DNA of 64,000 nucleotides from Escherichia coli (GTDB lineage Bacteria; Pseudomonadota; Gammaproteobacteria; Enterobacterales; Enterobacteriaceae): NCBI RefSeq assembly GCF_003790525.1, contig NZ_CP033635.1; one strand, 5' to 3'. Shown piece by piece: positions 57,383 to 64,000 of this stretch (position 1 is its first letter; each line of letters starts with the position of its first letter). The notes under the pieces were generated by a model. It saw only the letters and a program-made list of their open reading frames with translations, ran no database searches and was not told where the DNA came from. The position numbers and the translations under genes were made by a program.

Positions 57383-58036
57383 ATGAATCAGACGCTACTT
57401 TCCTCTTTTGGTACGCCTTTCGAACGTGTTGAAAATGCACTGGCTGCGCTGCGTGAAGGACGCGGTGTAATGGTGCTTGATGATGAAGACCGTGAAAACG
57501 AAGGCGATATGATCTTCCCGGCAGAAACCATGACCGTTGAGCAGATGGCGCTGACCATTCGCCACGGTAGCGGTATTGTTTGCCTGTGCATTACTGAAGA
57601 TCGCCGTAAACAACTCGATCTGCCAATGATGGTAGAAAATAACACCAGCGCCTATGGCACCGGTTTTACCGTGACCATTGAAGCGGCTGAAGGTGTGACT
57701 ACCGGTGTTTCTGCCGCTGACCGTATTACGACCGTTCGCGCAGCGATTGCCGATGACGCAAAACCTTCTGATCTGAATCGCCCGGGCCACGTTTTCCCAC
57801 TTCGCGCGCAGGCAGGTGGAGTACTGACGCGTGGCGGCCATACTGAAGCAACTATTGATCTAATGACGCTGGCAGGCTTTAAACCGGCTGGTGTGCTGTG
57901 TGAGCTGACTAATGACGATGGCACGATGGCGCGTGCACCAGAGTGCATTGAGTTTGCCAATAAACACAATATGGCGCTCGTGACTATTGAAGACCTGGTG
58001 GCATACCGTCAGGCACATGAGCGTAAAGCCAGCTGA
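57383..58036 (+). CDS. ribB: 3,4-dihydroxy-2-butanone 4-phosphate synthase
   Basis: 217 aa [45 protein letters not shown]... Confidence 0.9.
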   Translation: MNQTLLSSFGTPFERVENALAALREGRGVMVLDDEDRENEGDMIFPAETMTVEQMALTIRHGSGIVCLCITEDRRKQLDLPMMVENNTSAYGTGFTVTIEAAEGVTTGVSAADRITTVRAAIADDAKPSDLNRPGHVFPLRAQAGGVLTRGGHTEATIDLMTLAGFKPAGVLCELTNDDGTMARAPECIEFANKHNMALVTIEDLVAYRQAHERKAS

Positions 58037-58297
58037 AAACCGCTGCTTAATTTACTGCCTTAATCAAGAAACCGAAGTTGTAGCAGGCTTCGGTTTTTAT
58101 TTTTCCCTGCTATGCAAGATGTTAATTCCGCTTCTCTTTCTATGAGAAAATTTCATTAATATCAGGCATTCTTTTTCATTATGATCAAAATCATATAATT
58201 GTTCCGTTATTATGCGACCATATGAATATATCCGAAAAAGGATATGTGAAATTTATGCGCTAAATGTTTAGTATTGTTAAATATTAAGGGTAAAAGG

Positions 58298-58468
58298 ATG
58301 TTTATCGCCTGGTACTGGATTGTATTGATTGCTCTTGTTGTTGTGGGTTATTTCCTGCATTTGAAACGTTATTGTCGGGCGTTTCGCCAGGACAGAGACG
58401 CACTGCTTGAAGCGCGGAACAAATACTTAAACAGTACGAGAGAAGAGACAGCCGAAAAGGTAGAATAA
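58298..58468 (+). CDS. small predicted membrane protein (56 aa)
   Basis: MFIAWYWIVLIALVVVGYFLHLKRY... single TM helix; identity not assigned. Confidence 0.3.
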   Translation: MFIAWYWIVLIALVVVGYFLHLKRYCRAFRQDRDALLEARNKYLNSTREETAEKVE

Positions 58469-58525
58469 GGCTTTAGTGAAGCTGGCAGAAGTTGTCCATG
58501 CGCTGGACAACTTCTGATGTTGCTT

Positions 58526-59299
58526 TTAACCAATTCCCGCCGTTTGTAGCAGCACTAAACTGAATCCCATCACTGACATTCCACATAGTACGCCATAGCT
58601 GGGGTTATTATTAGGGTCAATCTCTTTGGCGAGCGGCATTAATTCATCAACCGAGAGCGCTACCATAATTCCTGCAACCGCCGCCATGATTGCCGCCATG
58701 ACCACCGGGGAAATCATGCTACCGAGGATTAACCACGCCAGCACACCACCAAGAATTTCTGCCAGTCCAGAAATCCCCGCCCAAAGAATCGCGGTGCGTT
58801 TAGACCCCGTTGCCGCGTAAACCGGGCCTGCAACCGCCAGACCTTCAGGAATATTGTGTAACGCAACGGCCAGTGCGATGCCAAAGCCCAGCTCCAGGTT
58901 GCTGCTCGCCGTGACAAAGGTGGCAATCCCTTCCGGGAAGTTATGCAGACTGATGCCGAGAGTGAGCAGAATGGCTGTGCGCTTGATCGATTTTGGCAAC
59001 GGCTGCACCGATTTTTGCATTAAATCCTGCGGATGCGCATGTGGCAACATGCGGTCCAGGCCAAAATAGCCAAGCAGACCGAAGATAAACATTCCATAAC
59101 CCAACACAGGTGACATTCCTTCGGCGGCTAATGCGGCAGGAAGCATTTCCATTAATGAGATGAGCAACATGATCCCCGCCGCAAATCCTAGCGAAAACGC
59201 CAGTAAGCGGTTCGAGGGTTTTTGCCCGAGAACGCCGAGAAACGCGCCAATAAACGTGGCTGCCCCCGCCAGTATGGTCAGAATGAGAGGTACTGACAT
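58526..59299 (-). CDS. zupT: zinc transporter ZupT (ZIP family)
   Basis: 257 aa from [25 protein letters not shown]... Confidence 0.85.
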
Positions 59300-59441
59300 C
59301 GACAACTCCTTATAAATCTTCACCTTCAGGCAGATCGTCAAAATAACTGATGATCATCATCATTGTTATCCGGGTTCTTACTCCGCCGAACAAGCGTATT
59401 GTGAGGATATCAAAATGACACCTTTAGTTAAGGATATCATC

Positions 59442-60230
59442 ATGTCTTCAACACGTATGCCAGCATTGTTTTTAGGTCACGGTAGTCCGATGAACGTGCT
59501 GGAAGATAATTTGTATACCCGCAGCTGGCAGACGTTGGGGATGACATTGCCACGCCCGCAAGCAATAGTGGTGGTTTCGGCTCACTGGTTTACCCGTGGA
59601 ACAGGAGTGACCGCGATGGAGACGCCGCCCACGATTCATGACTTTGGTGGCTTCCCGCAGGCGCTGTACGATACGCATTATCCTGCTCCGGGTTCACCTG
59701 CGCTGGCACAGCATCTGGTTGAGCTGTTAGCGCCGGTCCCTGTGACGCTGGATAAAGAAGCCTGGGGCTTCGACCACGGCTCGTGGGGCGTACTGATTAA
59801 GATGTATCCTGACGCCGATATCCCGATGGTGCAGTTGAGTATCGACAGTAGCAAACCTGCCGCCTGGCATTTCGAAATGGGGCGCAAACTCGCGGCGCTG
59901 CGTGATGAAGGGATAATGTTGGTCGCCAGTGGCAACGTGGTGCATAACCTGCGTACAGTGAAGTGGCACGGTGATAGTTCACCGTATCCGTGGGCGACGT
60001 CGTTTAATGAGTATGTGAAAGCGAATCTGACGTGGCAAGGGCCGGTGGAACAACATCCTCTGGTGAATTATCTCGACCATGAAGGTGGCGCGTTATCGAA
60101 CCCAACGCCAGAGCACTATCTGCCGTTGTTGTATGTCTTAGGTGCGTGGGATGGGCAGGAGCCAATTACCATTCCGGTCGATGGTATAGAAATGGGCAGT
60201 TTAAGTATGCTGTCGGTGCAGATAGGTTAA
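59442..60230 (+). CDS. ygiD: 4,5-DOPA dioxygenase extradiol-like protein YgiD
   Basis: Start MSSTRMPALFLGHGSPMN... (internal Met of ORF-track call). Confidence 0.8.
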   Translation: MSSTRMPALFLGHGSPMNVLEDNLYTRSWQTLGMTLPRPQAIVVVSAHWFTRGTGVTAMETPPTIHDFGGFPQALYDTHYPAPGSPALAQHLVELLAPVPVTLDKEAWGFDHGSWGVLIKMYPDADIPMVQLSIDSSKPAAWHFEMGRKLAALRDEGIMLVASGNVVHNLRTVKWHGDSSPYPWATSFNEYVKANLTWQGPVEQHPLVNYLDHEGGALSNPTPEHYLPLLYVLGAWDGQEPITIPVDGIEMGSLSMLSVQIG

Positions 60231-60275
60231 TAAAAGAACCCGAAGCCAGAATGACTGGCTTCGGGTGTTGCTGAG

Positions 60276-60947
60276 TTAGCCTCTGATGATTTTAAGTGCC
60301 CATGCGCCACTCATAATGACCAGCAGCACCAGACACATACCAAAAGCCAGCATACAAGCCTGAGCCATATTCATAAAATGCCATGGTGGTAGCAGATACC
60401 AGCCTTCAGATTGCTGATACATTTCCACAAACCACTGTTGCGTGCTGCTCAGTGTGACGCCATCAGGAACGATTGGTGCGTCATAGCCACAATCCCCGGT
60501 AGGCTTGAACCAATTTGGTGCCCACTGTGCCAGCGGCAGGTTAAAGGGAAAAGTTGGATCGGTAGAGCAACCCTGTACGCCAAACAGTGAATCGGGATCC
60601 GGATTATGTACTGCATGGTGGATATCGTTCAGTTTGAGCGAAAACTTCAGTCCCAAAATGCTGCCGTAAAATGCCATCACGCAGCCAATTAGCTTTAGGA
60701 TGATGTTCTTTGGGTTGATCGCTGCAACCAATCCTCCAATAACCATCACAAACATGGCGTAGCGAATGTATACACATTGCTCACAGGGTGCCATGTAGAG
60801 ATAGATCTGGAAGAAAGAGTGCGCCAGGATAATTAACGCGCCCATCGCAACGGCCATTAACAACCACAACAAGCGTTGCTCCTGCCATCTGACCAGTGTG
60901 TCAACTGGTGATGTGCGAAGATCTTTCCACATTCCCTTAATACCCAT
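60276..60947 (-). CDS. dsbI: DsbB-like disulfide bond formation protein DsbI
   Basis: 223-aa membrane protein with paired Cys motifs (CEQC...), adjacent to dsbL and assT. Confidence 0.8.
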
Positions 60948-60961
60948 AGCCTGTTTCCCTG

Positions 60962-61630
60962 TTATTTGCTTGCTAACTCACGGATAAGGTCTGCCATCGC
61001 GTCGATGGATTTGATGCTCTTGGTGTAGATCAAGTACTTACCATTAACGACATAGGCTGGAACCCCCTGGATTTTGGCGACATCATAAGAGGCTTTCCAT
61101 TTTTCCAGTGTTTCTTGAACCGCTGGTTCTTTCAGTGCCGCTTCAAAATCCGCCTGACTCATACCTGCGGCATCCAGACCGGTTTTGATAAAAGCAGCCG
61201 GATCTTTACCGTCAGACCAGCGTTCTTTTTTGTCGTGATAAGCCACGTAGTAGGCAAACTTGGCTTTCTTAAACTGAGAGTTAGCATCAAATAAGGAAAT
61301 GCCTGCTGCTTTATCTTTATTGATCAAGACCGCAAAGACTTCGCTTGCTTGTTTGCCGTATTCACCTTTGGTTTCCAGATGGAACGGCGTGAAAGCAACG
61401 ATATCTTTCACTTTTTCCGATACCGGACCGGTAACCGCTTTGTCGTACTTGTAACAGAACGGGCAGGCGTAGCTGAATACCTTAATCAGCGTTTTGTCTG
61501 CATTCGGAATAGGTTTTTCCAGAACCATGTAATCCGTGCCTTCGGTAAATGCAGAAGCGGTAAATGAAACAGCCAAAGCTGCGGTAAGCAGTATGCTTTT
61601 AAATAGTGATGAGATCCCTAATTTCGACAT
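60962..61630 (-). CDS. dsbL: periplasmic thiol:disulfide oxidoreductase DsbL (DsbA paralogue)
   Basis: 222 aa, signal peptide, thioredoxin active site CPFCY. Confidence 0.8.
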
Positions 61631-61647
61631 TTTTATTCCCTTCTTAA

Positions 61648-63444
61648 TTATTTGAACATCTGTTGTGGACGGACTAACAATGCACGATAGTGAGTCTGAT
61701 TGGGTTTATCTGACAGCACGTCGATTTCCACTTTCACTTCTTTGGTTTTGTAATCGATTTCGTTCAACTTACCGACGGTTGGCTGCCCGACATCGAACAA
61801 ATGAATAGAACCACCGAAGCCAAACATGGTGTTACGGTCGGCTTGATATTCAATGATGGAGGTGATTGGGCTATAGAAATCGTAGCCACGTTCTTTACCG
61901 TATTCCCACACTTGCTGAACGGTGCCTTTCTTCTCATCAATCTTATATTCCACAAAGCGGGAATATTTCATGGTTGGTAAGGCAGGTTGTTCCAGATGAC
62001 GACCATCGCCATTATCAAAAATGGTGAGCGTTCCTTTGCTGGAAATCCAGGCGGTATGCTGGGTGTAGGTAAAGTCGAAGTCTGAGTTTTCGCACAGGCC
62101 ATTTTCGTTACAGGTAATTGGCTTACCGTTAGCATCAACCGGTTTCAGCAGCTTGCTGGCCAGCGGTTTTTCCCAACCTTTAGAGGGTGCAAGGATCCAT
62201 TTCACTTGCTTATCACGACCAATCTTCACAACACCCTGGTGACGAGAAGAGAGAATAATTGAGTCATCTTTTGCGTCATAAGCGATGGAATTAACGTGCG
62301 CCCAGTTACGGCCTGGCCCTACACCCAGAGCGTCGCCGAACGGTGTATCTGGTTCCAGTTTTGCCTGTTGTCCTGCATGGGCAAGGTCAACGTTAACGCA
62401 AACTGCACCTGCATCCAGCGCGCCGAGCAGTGCATCGCGTTTCGGATCGAGGATCTTCGTCAGATCCCATACATCTACAACGCGACCAGATTTATCGACT
62501 TCGAGGATATGGTCACGAATGGTGGTGACGTGTACGCCGTCATCGCGACGATAGTTACTCTTACCTACGCGCAACAGTACCGTGCCATTTGGCGTCTCAA
62601 TGGATTCATGAGTAGCGTCAGCAAATCCGCGCGGTAGTTTGTGATCTTCGAGCACCTGCCCCATCATGTCGAACTCGTACCAGTGCTGACCTTGTACAGC
62701 GGTAAAGGTGCCGCGTGGCGTTTCGCGGATACCCATCAGATAACCACGTTTGTTAATGTTGCGGTCACGACCATCGTAGAAGGTGTTTTGATCCAACCAC
62801 CAGCGGTATTCGCCTTCCGTATCGACGATAAAGGTGAATGGCGCGATATCAAAAGGGAGTGCGCCAGTTGCCGGACCCGCATCAAGGATACCGGCATTTT
62901 TATCTTTCTCACCATGCCAGTGGAGATCGGAACCTTGGGCGGTAAAGGTGTGGGTATTAACCAGATAGAGGCGATCTTCAAAACCCGGTGCGACTTTAAT
63001 AACTTTGGTCTGTTGTAAATCGGAGATAGAGCGGTTATCCATGTAATTATTGACGATGGCCGAAGTGTGCACCACATAATCATCTTTCATGACCTTGCCG
63101 TTTTCTTTCCACTCAACGGTCACTTTGTTAGCAAATTTCTGATAAAGACCAAAAATCGGTACACCATCGTAAGTTTTTAGTGATTCCTGACCCACGGGAT
63201 AGCTGATTTCTACGCCTTTTTCGCCCTTCCCATGGACGGTAACTCTGACGTCAGAAATAACATGGCTATCTAAGTCAACCAAAGCGGTCAGTGGTGCATT
63301 GCCGTAGGGATCGACAATGACCGCACCCAGTTGCCCGGCAGGCGGCGCTGGTTTAAAACCCGCAGCCATCACCCCCGATGCTGACAAACCCAGGGTTATC
63401 GCCACAGTTCCGGCTACGAGTGTTTTTCTATATTTATCAAACAT
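61648..63444 (-). CDS. assT: arylsulfate sulfotransferase
   Basis: 598 aa, signal peptide, beta-propeller-type sulfotransferase; first gene of assT-dsbL-dsbI operon. Confidence 0.85.
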   Translation of the reverse strand: MFDKYRKTLVAGTVAITLGLSASGVMAAGFKPAPPAGQLGAVIVDPYGNAPLTALVDLDSHVISDVRVTVHGKGEKGVEISYPVGQESLKTYDGVPIFGLYQKFANKVTVEWKENGKVMKDDYVVHTSAIVNNYMDNRSISDLQQTKVIKVAPGFEDRLYLVNTHTFTAQGSDLHWHGEKDKNAGILDAGPATGALPFDIAPFTFIVDTEGEYRWWLDQNTFYDGRDRNINKRGYLMGIRETPRGTFTAVQGQHWYEFDMMGQVLEDHKLPRGFADATHESIETPNGTVLLRVGKSNYRRDDGVHVTTIRDHILEVDKSGRVVDVWDLTKILDPKRDALLGALDAGAVCVNVDLAHAGQQAKLEPDTPFGDALGVGPGRNWAHVNSIAYDAKDDSIILSSRHQGVVKIGRDKQVKWILAPSKGWEKPLASKLLKPVDANGKPITCNENGLCENSDFDFTYTQHTAWISSKGTLTIFDNGDGRHLEQPALPTMKYSRFVEYKIDEKKGTVQQVWEYGKERGYDFYSPITSIIEYQADRNTMFGFGGSIHLFDVGQPTVGKLNEIDYKTKEVKVEIDVLSDKPNQTHYRALLVRPQQMFK

Positions 63445-64000
63445 GGATATATCTCCTTATATAACGCAAATATATAATAATGATGAATATCGACTGTTGA
63501 GAGGGTGCTAATAAATTCGTTACGTGAATATGAATATTAATTCAATAAAGAGTGAGAATGCTTTTGTGTTTCTTTTAAATATGTTGTTATTCGGTGAAAC
63601 AAATATTTATGTTTAATGGATAGTAGGGGGGCAATATATCAATCACAATGTTCAATACTGTGTAGTGTGATCCCTGCAACATTGTTTTTTAATTATTAAA
63701 TTTAAATCTGGTGAGATAAAAGTAAAGTATTTAAATAATATCAAATAGTTATGTTGTGATGTATTCACTTACTTTAATTACAATATCGCTTGCATATGAC
63801 GATTTAACATTAAATTGAGTATTAATGTTAAATAAAGGTTGGATATGTATGTGTTTATATATTGATGGGAATTATGAATGGTGGATTATAAGAGATTGCC
63901 CCGCTTATCGGGGCAATATTAAGCTGTATTACTCAACAAAAATATGCGGATAAAACCGAGACATATCCTGGGTGATCAATGCACGGTCTTCACGAATGCC

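Overview
Enterobacterial (Escherichia coli-like) chromosome. Left half (1-32240) is a mosaic genomic island abutting the 3' end of tRNA-Ile(CAU) ileX (32241-32316, minus); right half (32441-63444) is conserved core (mug, rpoD-dnaG-rpsU, tsaD, ttdTBA/ttdR, plsY, folB, uppP, cca, ygiM, ygiF, glnE, hldE, yqiK/J, glgS, ribB with FMN riboswitch, zupT, ygiD) plus the accessory dsbI-dsbL-assT cluster. Island contents in order: raffinose genes rafA(partial)-rafB-rafD, a Crr-like PTS EIIA, sucrose genes scrK-scrY cut off by IS debris; an IS1414-like fragment that still carries an intact astA (EAST1) ORF; an IS629-like/IS911-like chimeric IS interrupted by a group II intron; a complete, AT-richer Type I restriction-modification operon hsdM-hsdS-ORFX-hsdR bracketed by permuted IS911 ends; IS30/IS66 remnants; then a CP4-like module (YeeP-like GTPase, phase-variable antigen 43, DUF932, KlcA/ArdB-like antirestriction, RadC-like, YeeT-like, cbeA/cbtA, yeeW-like). 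Most interesting candidate: the 387-aa ORFX (16248-17411) packed between hsdS and hsdR, with an N-terminal RecB-like PD-(D/E)xK signature and an uncharacterised C-terminal region, which I could not place in any characterised family from memory. Two ibs/sib type I toxin-antitoxin pairs and astA are below the 60-aa ORF-track cut-off and were found by manual translation. All family assignments are from recalled sequence similarity and motifs; no database searches were run.
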